DNA from: Emiliania huxleyi CCMP1516
Taxonomy: Eukaryota
NCBI RefSeq assembly: GCF_000372725.1
Contig: NW_005202237.1
Location: forward strand, 186,001 to 250,000
DNA length: 64,000 nt
Reading direction: 5' to 3'
Positions 1 through 11,713 of the stretch are shown here, one piece after another. Numbering within the stretch: position 1 is the first letter of the stretch; each line of letters starts with the position of its first letter. Under the pieces are notes generated by a model. The model made no database searches, was not told where the DNA came from, and saw only the letters and a program-made list of their open reading frames with translations. The translations under genes and the position numbers were made by a program.

Positions 1-764
1 CGCTGCTAGCGCCGCAGGAGAAGGAGGAGTACGAGTTCAAGCCGCCAAAGGCGCGCGGTCTGGACGTGGAGAAGCTGCAGCGCGAGAAGGACCCGAAGAA
101 GCGGCAGCGAATGGTCGAGGACTCGCAAAAGACGACAGGGCCGACGATGATCTTTGCGACGGTCGACTACCCCGGCTGCTGCGAGGATAAGACCGGCACT
201 GAGGAGATTGCAAAACGGTGCGCCGCGGCGTGCGCGCGCGGTCTGGCGCGGAGGCGAGAGAGCGGTCGCCTCTGTTTGCGCAGGTGGAATGCGCTGCTGG
301 GCTCAAAGGGGATGGATGCGCAGGCGTACGTCGTCGACAACGCGACGATCCTCTTCTCGACCAACCATGGCCTGTTCGCCGACGAGGTGGCGCCGCCGCG
401 CCCGCCTGTGCTCGCACTTGCGCAGCCGACCGCCTCGCCGCCGCCTCTGCTCAGATTGTCGAGTTTGCGCTCGAGCAGCCGGAGTGTGTCGCCACCGACT
501 GGAACAGCAAGCGCTCGGGCGGTTGGTCGGGCGTGCCCAGCGGCCTGTCCTCTCGCTGACAGCGCGCCCTGCCCGCGTAGGCGGACGCCGGGCCCGGCGG
601 AGACGCCCGAGTGGAAGGCGAAGGACGAGGTGCGCAAGGCTGCAAAGGCAAAGGCGGACGCAGAGGCGAAGGCGGCCAAGGAGGCGGCGGAGAAGGCGGC
701 CAAGCGGGCTAAGCGGAGGAGGAGGAGGAAGAAGCGGGAGGCCAAGCAGAAGGATGAAGTGTAG
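1..764 (+). CDS. MESD/Boca-like ER chaperone, 3' part (5' end outside window)
   Basis: Spliced reading (introns 218-283 and 387-454 GT-AG, ~511-580 GC-AG) gives TMIFATVD...TEEIAKRWNALL...QAYVVDNATILF...EIVEFALEQPECVATDWNSKRTPG, resembling the MESD core. Lys-rich tail ends in KDEV (KDEL-like). Confidence 0.65.
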   Translation, partial: LLAPQEKEEYEFKPPKARGLDVEKLQREKDPKKRQRMVEDSQKTTGPTMIFATVDYPGCCEDKTGTEEIAKRCAAACARGLARRRESGRLCLRRWNALLGSKGMDAQAYVVDNATILFSTNHGLFADEVAPPRPPVLALAQPTASPPPLLRLSSLRSSSRSVSPPTGTASARAVGRACPAACPLADSAPCPRRRTPGPAETPEWKAKDEVRKAAKAKADAEAKAAKEAAEKAAKRAKRRRRRKKREAKQKDEV

Positions 765-1071
765 TCACCTCATTCTTCTGCTGGGGCGGCGGTGGAGACG
801 GAATGAGAGCCGTACACACACACAGGCGAGAGAGGCGTGGGCGCACATGCTCTAGGCGCACAAATGCACTATGCAGCGCCGCGGAAACATTATCCCGGGG
901 CGGGGCCGATGTGGCGAAAGAGTGCTTATTAGGGAAAGGCGACATGCACGTGACATTTTGACCGCGGTGTCACGCAATGTGACAAAAAAGTTGAGTTCTC
1001 TCTCTGCGCTTGCAGCGTGTGGTTTCGGCTTTCGCGCGTAAGCGGGCGCGGCGCGCATCGCGCGGCCGTGC

Positions 1072-2927
1072 TCACAGCCGGCTCCGCGACTGCGGCTGTA
1101 GGGAAGACCAGCACCGCGCCGCCGCCTGCTCTCCCGTCTCCATCGCGCCGTGGATGCACGGGTTGACGCCGGCGTGGCACGCCTCGCCCGCGAGGAAGAC
1201 GCAGCCGTGCGCCGCCTCCCCCAGCGCGGGCCGCGCGCCATGCGCGCCGCGCGTCGGGTGCGAGTAGGCGCCGTGGACGTGGGGGTGGGCGGCCCAGTCC
1301 TTGACGAGGAAGCCGTCGCAGCTGCTGCTCGCGGGGTGGGGGTCGTCGCTGCTGCCAAACATCCCGTCGAGCTGGGCGAGCATCCGGCGAGCGATGTCTG
1401 CGTGCGGCAGCCTCCCCACCCGCTCCGCCCGCGCGCCCGCCACAAAGCCGACGATGGTGTAGGGCGGCGCCGCGTCGGGCCGCATCAGCTCGGCGGCGGG
1501 AGAGAGCCACACCTCCGGCAGGAACGAGTCGGAGCAGACGGCGTCGTAAAAGTCGGCCGGCCAGAAGCGGCGCCGCAGCCTCACGATCACCTTGAGCGCG
1601 GACCCCATCTTGAGCTTGCGAATCGCTCCTGCCTGCGGCGGCGGCAGCGGCGGCCGAAACTCCGGCTCCCCCCGCTGCAGTACGGACAGCGGCACGGTGA
1701 CGACGCAGGCGCGCGCGCGCACCACTCGGCCGTCGGCGGCGCTGAGCTCGACGGCGGCGCCTACTCCCCGCCAGCGAGCGCTCCGCCGAGCGAGGCGGGG
1801 GAAGGGGCGGGAGGGGGCGGTGCAGGGGCGGCACCGTCCGCGCCCCAGCCGGTCGGAGACGCGTCGATGCGCTGCACGCGCCACGCTGTCCGCACGTCCA
1901 GGCCGCGACCGAGCGACTCCATCGCGTCCTAGAGGCGCCCGCTCGGTGACACGTCCATGCTTTGTAGGGAGGCGGCCCTCGGCGCCGCAGCGGTCGCGAG
2001 CGGCTCACCACCTCGCCGCCTCGCAGCACGAGGTACTTCTCTTCTCTTCTCTTCTCTTCTCTTCTCTTCTCTCCGCCTGCAGGCACGCGCCCCGCAGCAC
2101 CAGGTACTTCTCGCCGTACGTCCAGTGGCGCTGCTCGTGCATCACCTCGTGCAGCCCGACCTGCGGGGCGGGCGAGTGTGGCGGCGGTCGTGAGAGTCAG
2201 AAGAGGCTCTCCTCTTGCCTCCAATCGAGGTGGTGGGACTAGAGGGCGTAGCGGCGGCGCACATCCGACATGTCCGCGCCGTAGTCGTTGGCAAAGATGG
2301 CATCGGCCAGGTCGAGCACGCGCGAGGAGAGGCCGCAGCTGGCAAAGTACTGCAGCAGCGTCGGCTCCTCCTCCGCCTCCGCTCCGCAGGGCGGAGGAGC
2401 CATCTCACCTGCCAAAGCGGGCACGGCCGGCGGTGGGTGCGTGAGGGACGAGCCGAGAAAGTGGCTGGCGAGATCTCGCCGAGCTTCTCGAAGCTCTCGT
2501 GCATCAGTGCGACGTCCGGCTGCTCGTCCGCCTCCTCCGCTAGCATCAGGACGCCCTCCTTTCCGAAAAAGTAGTAGTTCGGCCACTCGAGCTCGACCAG
2601 CGACGCCTCTGGCTTGCCCTCGATGCCGTCGGCGACCAGCCGCAGGAGCGCGTTGTGATGCTCGCCGTGGAGAAATTCGGGCCCGAGCTCGAGGGGCCAC
2701 GGTGCGAGTGATTTGTCGGCCAGCACTCGGCCACCCACCTTGGGCGGCAGGCAAGCGGTCACGGAGGTGGCAACTCCCGCCGGATGTTAGCGCGCGCAGT
2801 GACGCACCTTGGACCCAGCCTCGAGCACCACGACACGGAGCCCGTGAGCGGACAGGCTGCGAGCTGCGGTGAGGCCAGCGGCGCCTGCACCAACCACCGC
2901 TACGTCGACAATCTCTACCACCACCAT
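1072..2927 (-). CDS. Flavin-containing amine oxidase (polyamine oxidase/LSD1-like family), multi-exon, with C-terminal SRL (PTS1)
   Basis: N-terminal DVAVVGAGAAGLTAA...VLEA dinucleotide-binding motif, VGGRV and LELGPEFLHG. C-terminal VVTVPL, GAYS and FLAGEA...CIHGAMETG. Stop at 1072. Confidence 0.88.
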
Positions 2928-3334
2928 GGCCGGATTCCGGTCCCGTGGGAGGGAGGGGCTTTTTATCTGTGTCTAGCGTCCACCCATACCGCGCTGGTGT
3001 CCAGTCCGAGCCTGACTGTTCTTCACCTAAAATCTGTGTCGCGTTCCTCAACGCTTGCGATTCAGCTGTCGCGTCACTGGATGATCTTGCTCAGCTCGAT
3101 CTCGACCTGACTCCTGACACCTGAACGCAGTCGCAGAGGCCTCTGCGGCGCGACGGCTGAATGTCGCGGCTCCAACGTCCAAGTGCCCCACTGGGGCCGC
3201 CCCCAGCCCCCACTCGCCACTGCCGGCGGGATTTTTCTTCCTTCATAACACATAAGCACTGTGACGACCACTGAAAGTAGAAAGAGTGCCACAGACTGTC
3301 AATGAGAGGAGAACGTACAATCAGACACGAGCCT

Positions 3335-6300
3335 TCACGTCCTTGCCCGCGCGGCGATGATGTGCATCTTCGGGCCGGAGGCCGGCGACGCCTCGTGTGC
3401 CCTCCACATGCCGTGCACGAGCCGCTCCTGCGCGCGCGCGAGTCCCTCGAGGTCAAAGAAGGGCGCGTCGCTCCGCGCGTCGAGCAGCCGCCGCCGGAGC
3501 AGCTGCAGCCGCTCAGGGGTCGAAGCGAGGCTGCAGATCAGGTCCTCGTACGCCTTCCAGCTCGGAGCCACGGTGTAGCCGAGGCCGAGCGCGGCGAGGA
3601 AGGAGCCCGACGCTCGGCTGGCGAGGCCGCGCCCCTGCAGCGCCACGGCGGGCACGCCCGCCCACAGCGAGTCGGCGCCGGTGGTGTGCGCGTTGTACCA
3701 GCGGTTGTCCACCATCAGGTCGGCCAGCGAGCGCGCGGGGATAAAGTCGGCCTCGGGCAGCTTTGGGACGAAGCCAAGCCGGCCGGTCACGCCGTGTGCC
3801 GCCGCCTGCGCGCGCAGGCTCTGCTCCGCATGCTCCGCCCAGCCGCGCCGCACCGAGACGCGCGAGAGCCACAGCGACGCCTCGGGGAGAAGAAATGGGA
3901 ATCAGCACCGAGGAACTAACAACGGAGAGAGAGCCACGGCGACGCCTCGGGGAGGCGGCGCAGCGCGTTTGCCCACGCGCCGAACGAGTCGGGGTCGAGC
4001 TTGTACAGCTGGTTGAAGTTGCAGAGGGCGACGCCGCGCAGCCGGCGCGGAGAGAGGCCGAGCCTCAGGTCCTCTCGCCGCAGGGGCGGGCCCCCGTCGC
4101 TCGAGTCCACACGCCGCAGCGCGGGCGACCACGTGGCGCGCTCCTCCTCGCCGGCCGGCCACTCGCCGGCCGGCCACGGGTGGGCGAGGCGGGAGGCGTG
4201 GGGCGCGTGCGCATAGCGGCGCGCGTGCGCCGCCACAAAGTGGGAGAAGGGGAAGTAGGCCATCCGCTCGGTAAACTCGGCCGCCGCGAGCGGCGGCGGC
4301 GCCGCCGCGGCGTCGAGCAGCGCGTAGTGCATCTGCGGCAGCGCCGTCGTGCCGGCGTACCCGTAGTACGAGGCCTGCACCGGCGCGGGGCGGTAGTGCG
4401 TGAGGGCGTGCCGCGCCCCCGCGGTGTGGCCGACGAGGTTGACGAGGACGTGCAGCCGCAAGCCGTCGATCGCGCGCGCCGCCTCCGCGTCGGTGAGGCG
4501 GGTGAGGTCGAAGAAAGCGTGCGCCGCCGCGGCGATCGCGCGCCGCTCGGCGGTCCCAGCGTGCTGCCTCTCGGGCAAGTCGAGCGCGAGGCAGACCACC
4601 TGCGGGAGGCGGGGCGACGGCGGTGCGAAGGGGGGGGGGGGGGGGGGGAGGGAAGGGGAAACCGGGCGGGTCCAGGGCGAAACAAAAACTCCTCCAGCCG
4701 CGTCGACGCGACGAGCTGCTCAATCAGCGGCAGCATCGCCCAGCCCACAGGGTGAGGGCCAAAGTCGGACGACAGAAACCCGAGCCGCAAAATGCCGCCG
4801 CCGCCGCCGCCGCCATGGCCGCCGCCGCCTCCGCCGCCGCCCCACCGCAGCGGCGGCACGAGCGGGGCCGCCTCCGCCGCCTCGACGTCGCGGCGGGCTC
4901 GGCTGAGCGCGACTCGGCGACGCGTCTTGTCCGAGACGGGCCAGACGAGCGTGTGGAAGGGAGCGAGGCCGGCGTGCAGCCGCTCGGTCGGCCCGGCCCC
5001 GAGCCTGCCGCGCGAGTGCCACTCGTCGAGGTGCCGCTCCAGCTCTCTCAGCCGCGCCTGCTCGCAGAACGAGGCTCACACAGGGCGCCGAAGAAGTGCC
5101 GCTCCAGCTCGCGCAGCCGCGCCTCGCGGCCGCGCCAGTGTAATCTCGGGTAATCTCGGGTAATCTCGGGTAATCTCGGGTAATCTCCACCTCGCGGCCG
5201 CGCCAATCGCAGAGGAACTGCTGCCCGTCGAGCAAGTCGTACAGCGCCTGAGGGGCACGGGCGACGAGGCGTGTCGGCGGGGCGACCCTCCAACCGCAAC
5301 GGCGCGGCGGCGGCGGCGCGGCGACACGCCGGCCAGAACTGCGGGTTGATGTCGAGCGCGGTGGCGAAGGAGGCGACGGCGTCGCGCGGCCTTCCGAGCT
5401 CGGTGAGGGCTGCGCCGAGGTTCTTGTGCGCCTCGCAGAGGTGCGGCTTGAGGCGGATGGCGGCCGAGTACGACGCGGCGGCCTGCCGAGACAGAGAGCA
5501 TGCCATCCCCCTGACTGCTCCGCAGGGGGAGCGGCGGGTGGCGCGTGTGTGTGCGGTGGCCTCGGCGTGCCGCCCGAGTCCCTTGAGGGCGGTGCCGAGG
5601 TTGGAGTGGGCCTGCAGGAAGAGGCCCGGGAAAGGTCGGGGAAGGGAGCGAGGGACGGACGGCGCCGGAGGTCGCAAGCGATCCTCGGCGAGCTGCGGCG
5701 CGAGGCGGACGGCCTCGGCATAGTGATGGTGCGCCTGGGGCGTGAAAAGCGTCTCTTCACACCTGCAGCTGTGAACAAGCGGCCTCGGCACAGTGGTGGT
5801 GCGCCTGGGGGCGGGGGCGGCGGCGGAGAGGCGTCGGAAGGCGCGGCGCTAGGCTCGCAGCGTCGGCCTCGGCGGTGGCGGCGCCTCGGCCTCGCGGCCC
5901 GGCAAGTCGGAGAGGACGTTGCCGAGGTCGTTGTGCGCATAGGCAAAGGACGGGTCCAGGGCGAGCGCCGCAGCGTGCGCCGCCGCCGCCTCCTGCCGTC
6001 GGCCTCGGAGGTAGTGCGCCTTGCCGAGCGAGTGGTGCAGCCGCGCCTGGGGTCAGGGTCGGGGTCAGAGTCGGGGTCGGGGCTAGGGCAGAGCCTTGCC
6101 CACGGAGCGGCGCAAGCTTCGTCTCCTCCGGCCGCTGCCGCAGCGCCGCACTCAGCGCCTCTGCCGCGCCGTCCGCGTCGCCGAGGTCGAGCAGCGCGCC
6201 TCCGAGGTATGGCCGAGACGTGGCCGAGACGTTTGCGGGGTGGGAGATGTGGCTGAGATGGAGACGCAGCCGACGCCGAGTCGGGGCAGCGCGCCTCCGA

Positions 6301-6865
6301 GCGCCTCCTGCGCGAGCGAGAAGGCAGAGTCGGCCCTCAGCGCCGCGCGGAAGCCGTCTGCCGCCTCGGCCGGTCTGCGCAGCGAGAGCAGTGCCTGGCC
6401 GCGGTTGTAGTGCGCTGCGGCGACCGACGGGTTGAGCCGCAAGCCCTCTCCGTACGCCTCGACCGACTCCTCGAGGCGACCGAGCTCGCGCAGCACGACG
6501 CCGAGCAGGATGTGCGCGCCGGCGAGCAGCGGGTCGATCGCCAGCACGGCGCGGTAGCTGGCCTCCGCCTCGGCAAGCAGGCCGGCGTCGCGCTGCAGCT
6601 TGCCGAGCTGAAAGTGCGCCTCCTTGGCCTCAGCAGGAGGGAGGCTGGCGGTGAGCGAGCGGCCGAACGACGAGCGCGCCGCCGCGTCGTGCCCAAAGCG
6701 CTGCTCGCTGCGCGCACGGTGGAACCAGGTGCGCCCGCCCGCGCCGGGCAGCCCGGTCGCCTCGCGGTGGCAGGCGAGAGCGGCGTCAGCGTCGCCAGCC
6801 TCGGTCAGCTCCCAGCCGCGTCGCGATAAGTCGCCAGGCACGGAGGAGCGTCGGTCACACGGCAT
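3335..6865 (-). CDS. TPR-repeat O-GlcNAc transferase/SPINDLY-like glycosyltransferase (GT41), multi-exon
   Basis: Many TPRs (AHYNRG, AHSNLG, AHKNLG), then LRLGFLSSDFGPHPVG, VLVNLVGHT, RPAPVQASYYGYAGTT, CNFNQLYKL, YNAHTTGADSLWAGVP and ASRASGS, all GT41 catalytic-domain motifs. Confidence 0.88.
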
Positions 6866-7249
6866 ATGTCAGTGCTGCGGCCGTCGGCGGCGTCTGCCTG
6901 GGACTGCTCATCAGGCTGTGAACCTTGAGCTCCTCGGGCCCACAGACATCCCGCCCACCCGCCGAAAGGGGAGTAACAGTTCGGGACATGGCAACAGACG
7001 AGAACCTCCTCCATGTGCGAGAACGCAGAGAGAACTGAAATGAATGAAAGCCCAGCCCACAAGTCCGGCTCATGCGCCCCCTCACTCTGATCGAAAAACT
7101 TCCCCAATGGTGTGGTTAACGCGAACCCTTCCGCGCCACCGTTTTTATGGTGCGCAGCTTCAAGCTCAACTTCCCCAATGGTGTGGTGAGCGCGAACCCT
7201 GCGCGCGCGAGTGTTCTTGTGGTCACCTCTTCACAAGGATTCCTCCCAC

Positions 7250-8230
7250 ATGCCGCCAAAGGTCGGCGTCGGCATCGGCGTGCTCGTCATCGACGGCGGG
7301 CGTCTGCTCCTCGGGCTCCGCCGCGGCTCGCACGGCTCCGGCACCTGGGCGCTGCCGGGCGGCTGGCTTGAGGAGGGCGAGGCCTTTGAGGCGTGCGCGC
7401 TGCGCGAGCTGGAGGAGGAGACCGGGCTCGGCGCGGCCCAGGTGTTCGCGTCCGGCGCGGCGGTGATCCCGGTCGTCTCCAACAACGTCATCGACGGCAA
7501 GGTGCACTCGGTGACGGTGTTTGTGCGAGTGCCGCTCGGCGCGGCGCCCGACAGCGCCGGCGGGGCCGCCGCCGAGCCTCGGGTGATGGAGCCCGACAAG
7601 TGCGTGGAGTGGCGGTGGTGCGACCTGGCGCAGCCCCTCCCGGCGCCGCTCTTCCCGCCGCTCGCCTTCCTCGCCGACTCCGCCTACTGGAGAGACACCG
7701 TTCTGCCGACGACGCTGCCCGCGGGTCGGGTGGCCTCGACGACCCCTGGCGCGGCGCCCTCCGGCGTCGGCGGCGCCTCGACCGACGACCCGCGCGACAC
7801 GGTGCTGCTCACGCCGCTGCCCCTCCCGTGCGGCTCCCTCGTCCCGCGCGTCGTCTGCCCGACCGCCGGCGCCGTCGCGACCTTCACTGGCACTACGCGA
7901 GAGACGTTCGAGGGGAGGGCGGTGGTGAGGCTCGAGTACGAGGCGTACGAGGCGATGGCGCGCAAGGAGATGCTCGCCCTCTGCGCCGCGGTGCGCGCGC
8001 GCTGGCCCGTCCGCCACATCGCGATCGCCCACCGCACCGGCACCGTCCCCGTCACCGAGGCGTCGGTCGAGATTGCAATCTCGTCGGCGCATCGCGCGGA
8101 GGCGCTGGCGGCGTGCGCCTTCGCCATCGACGAGCTCAAGGCGCAGGTGCCCATCTGGAAGAAGGAGGTGTACGAGGACGAGCAGGCCGTCTGGAAGGCC
8201 AACCGAGAGGCGGCGCACGTTCCCTCGTGA
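7250..8230 (+). CDS. Fusion of a Nudix hydrolase (NUDT15/AtNUDT1-like) and molybdopterin synthase catalytic subunit (MoaE/MOCS2B)
   Basis: Single intronless ORF. Nudix box [23 protein letters not shown] and [10 protein letters not shown], then a low-complexity linker, then MoaE motifs [26 protein letters not shown] and [14 protein letters not shown]. Confidence 0.9.
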   Translation: MPPKVGVGIGVLVIDGGRLLLGLRRGSHGSGTWALPGGWLEEGEAFEACALRELEEETGLGAAQVFASGAAVIPVVSNNVIDGKVHSVTVFVRVPLGAAPDSAGGAAAEPRVMEPDKCVEWRWCDLAQPLPAPLFPPLAFLADSAYWRDTVLPTTLPAGRVASTTPGAAPSGVGGASTDDPRDTVLLTPLPLPCGSLVPRVVCPTAGAVATFTGTTRETFEGRAVVRLEYEAYEAMARKEMLALCAAVRARWPVRHIAIAHRTGTVPVTEASVEIAISSAHRAEALAACAFAIDELKAQVPIWKKEVYEDEQAVWKANREAAHVPS

Positions 8231-9645
8231 GTGTGTGACACACAATCGATTCACACGAGTCAAAAGTGTGGTACGTAGTAATAGTACACTGTTGTCATGT
8301 GCAACAAAGGGGACCGCCTTTGAGTGAGTAGAGGCAGTTCGTGCACGCGTCGAATAATTAGCTACCTATGTCCTATCCGAGCCGCCGCGCGGCGCGCGTC
8401 ACCAGGCGCGAGAGCCGAGACCGAGAGATCGTCCGCGGTCGTCTGCGTCTGCCGGCAACTGCCGCATGCGATGGGCATGCCGCGGTCGCGCCGCGCACAC
8501 CACGCGCACACGGCCTCGCGTACGCGAAGAGGGACGTGGGACGACGCGACGACGGTCGACGGCGGGCACCGACACGGCAACTTGTACGGGGGATCTTTTC
8601 TGCACTCTCCACATCTCTGTGGGCGGACTGGGCTCTGGGGGGTGGGGGCACAGAGATCTTTATACTCTATCTATGTGTGGTGGAGATATCTGTGCAAACT
8701 GCAATCTCCACAATGAACCAATCTGCTATCTGGCACAATATCGTCTCTCTGGGCCGGCGCGGGGGCCCCAGAGGGTGTCCATGCGGGGGAGGAGATGGGA
8801 TCCGATGGCCCGCCGCAGGCGCCGATTTTTTCGAGTTTTTTGCGCGATTTCGTACTTGTTTTCATGGGAATTCGCCGTACTGGCGGCCATGCTATCAGAG
8901 TATCACGCCTTGCGACATCCTATCGGCGCTGCTGACCGTGCCATGCTGCACAATTGATCACCTGCATAGCTCGCGGCCTTAGTATCAAGCATTCAGTGAC
9001 GACCTGATCGTGGGGCCAGTAGGAAGGTGTCCTTCCATCGTGTGCACGCTTCTGGCGCAATGCGCGTCGCCTCGGATTGGCTGCTGGCACTCTCGAGGCT
9101 ATGCCTACACAGCCTCGCGCGCATGGGCAGTCAAGAGGACCACGCACCTTCTCAGGACAGCGCCGGTGCCTCTCTCTTGGACCGGCAAACGTGGTGGTCT
9201 CGTGTCACCGATGTGGGACCAGTGCGGCATCGCGCCTTCGACAGCTCTGAACTGCGCCTCACCACTGACCGGGAAGGCCGCCAAGTGGGCCAGCACCGGT
9301 CGCACATTGTGGCAGCAGTCAGCAGTGCATGTCTGATAGCTAGAGCAGCAGCATCAGGGTCGCAGGGTCGGATCGTGTCAAGCCTCTCGCCCGGCCGGCC
9401 GCGTGCAGACGTCGGCCTGTCTGCTGTCTGGAGATGTCTGGAGTGATCTGTCGGCGGTCAGTACGACCGATCAGATTTGGAGAGATCTCGAGGAGTACAT
9501 ACAGATAGACACTCCAATCATCAGAAAACTCCAACCTCCCAGAGTATCGTCTGCGGAGAGATGCTATCTATCTCCTCTTTTACACAAAATATCACGCAGC
9601 TCCTACCCTTAACCCTACGGCCCTAGTAGTCTCCATGGACTCGAG

Positions 9646-11055
9646 CTAGTCGGACTGCCGGAGCACGTCTCCCACCGCGAGGCGCTTGGCGGGCGCGGGT
9701 GGCGCCTTCTCGCCGGCGGCCGCCCCGAACCAAACAGTGCCTACCACGTACTCGTCGTCGGGCAATCCGACCGCGCCGGCGAAGCGCGGGTCGAAGTTGA
9801 CCGGCCCGCTCGTCCACTTTGTGCCGAGCCTATGGGGCCGCGCAGGACAGGTGTCACGATAGCTCGCCTTGCGTGCAGCTCCGCCAATTCACGCTGCGCC
9901 CGTCGGCGTGAAGCGAGAGGCAGAGATTCTGAGTGGCGCAGCAGACGGCGGCGTAGTCCTCGCGAGCCAAGCCGGCGGGCTCCTCCATCGAGTCGCCGCC
10001 CTCACGCCGCACGCACGTGACGACGAGCCAGCCCGGAATCGCGAGCCAGCGCTCCAGCTTCTTGGCGCCCGCGGCGTCGCCCTTGGACGCAGTCACGAGC
10101 TCCGCATTGAGCTCGCAGACCCGCCGGACTGGGTGGAGAGAGAGAGAGAGGGCGGCAGGCGGGGTTGGGTCAGCATAAGAGGGAGAGAGGGAGGGAGGGC
10201 AGGGAGAGAGGGAGAGGGAGAGCGGGGAGAGAGGGAGAGAGAGCAAGGCGGGTGAGCAGCACTTGAGCGAGGTCCGAGGAGGTGGAAGCGCCACGGTTCG
10301 GTCCGCTTGTGGTTGGGTGCAAAGGTGGCTGCCTCCACAGCGCGCTCCAGCGCCTCCTCCCACCCGGCAGGCAGCTGAGGCGAAAAGTCATTGATCGTTC
10401 GCCGCGAGCGCAGCGCGTCGTGGACGGCTTCCGCCGCGCCCATCCTGCCGCCTCCCTCGCCCAGCTCGCCGTCCTCGCTCGTCGCGGTCAGGCCGAGGCT
10501 CTGCCGGCTGCCCACGAGGGATGCCTCGACCTCGGATGCCACCCGCAGCCGCCCTCCGGAGCCGGCGCAGAGCCCGCGCAGCCCCTGCAGCGCCGCCTCC
10601 TCCGCCTCGGCGACGGAGGGCAGCTCGCGCGCGTCCGGGCTCACGCAGAGCGACTTGACACTCCACTCGTCCTCATCCACCTCCACCAGACAGAGCGTGG
10701 ACGCACAGCCGCCGACCGTGGCGAAGAGCTTAGCGGCGCCCGCATCGCCGGCACCCGCAACAGCTGCGGCGCAGGCTTGGAAGCGCTCGTACTGCTGCTT
10801 GCGATTTGCGCGCCGTATCCGCTCCGCTCCTGAAACGGCGAGCACCTTTAGCTTTGTGCCCGTCTTGCCGTCAGGGACCGTCTGCAGGGTGTTGGCGTTC
10901 GCTGCCCGCGCTTGCCACGCCGCCACGAGCATCGAGCCCTTGGCAGGCGAGACCTCGACCAGCTGAGGAGCGGAGGACGTCACGGAGGCCACGGCGGGCT
11001 TCGCCCTCGCGCTGGGCGTGAGGGTGCCGAGCGAGAGGAGCAGAGCACAGGCCAT
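9646..11055 (-). CDS. Nitroreductase-family protein with N-terminal targeting peptide and an additional N-terminal domain; 3 exons
   Basis: SRRTINDF...FAPNHKRTEPWRF, EDYAAVCCATQNLCLSLHADG and LGTKWTSG...VVGTVWFG, ending RQSD-stop. Hydrophobic N-terminus MACALLLSLG. Confidence 0.85.
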
Positions 11056-11713
11056 CGAATCAGATAGAGAGCTAAATGGTGCCGAGCGGGCGATGTCTTT
11101 CTTCTTTATCGTACAATGGAAGAAACTTGTTTTGTAAGGTACCCACTCTCTCCCCTTGGCGGTGCTGGCAGTTGAAATCCGGTTCACTCGCACTAATCCA
11201 CAACCGCTGCCGTACGTCCGGTTCACTCTCGGGGCACAATGCTGCCCTGTGGATGCGAGCACGTCTGCTGCGGCATTTGCGAGCACGCGGCTCGCGCAGG
11301 GCGCCCGCGCCTCTTCACGCGCGAGAGCGCGGCGCAGTGGGACCCCCCGAACCTCACCGACTACCGTGGCGCTGACAAGCTCGAGGCCCGCAACGGCGAC
11401 GGACTCAGGGCCGGTGCTTTGACGCAGTATATTGTACTTCGAGGTAGTATGAACTCAGAACGGCCCCCCGAGAGCGCCTCTTCGACGCCCACGGGTCCCG
11501 GGGGGTCGGAGGGGTTGCGAGAAGGCCTTGGCTATTTTTTGTTTGAATTCTGGAGGCCGTTCAAACATGTAACGTGCGTTCCACGTGCCCGTCCCCAGCA
11601 AGGACAACATGCTAGCCCAGCAGGCCGCTCCCACCGCCGCCCGCGGCGGAGGCAAGGCGGCAAAGGGTGGCAAGGGCGGCGGCAAGGGCGCTGGCAAGGG
11701 TGGTGGCCGTGTG

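Noticed and set aside
7147..7371. Overlapping upstream ORF as MoaD/MOCS2A (bicistronic MOCS2 arrangement)
   Set aside because: No ubiquitin-like pattern and no C-terminal Gly-Gly.
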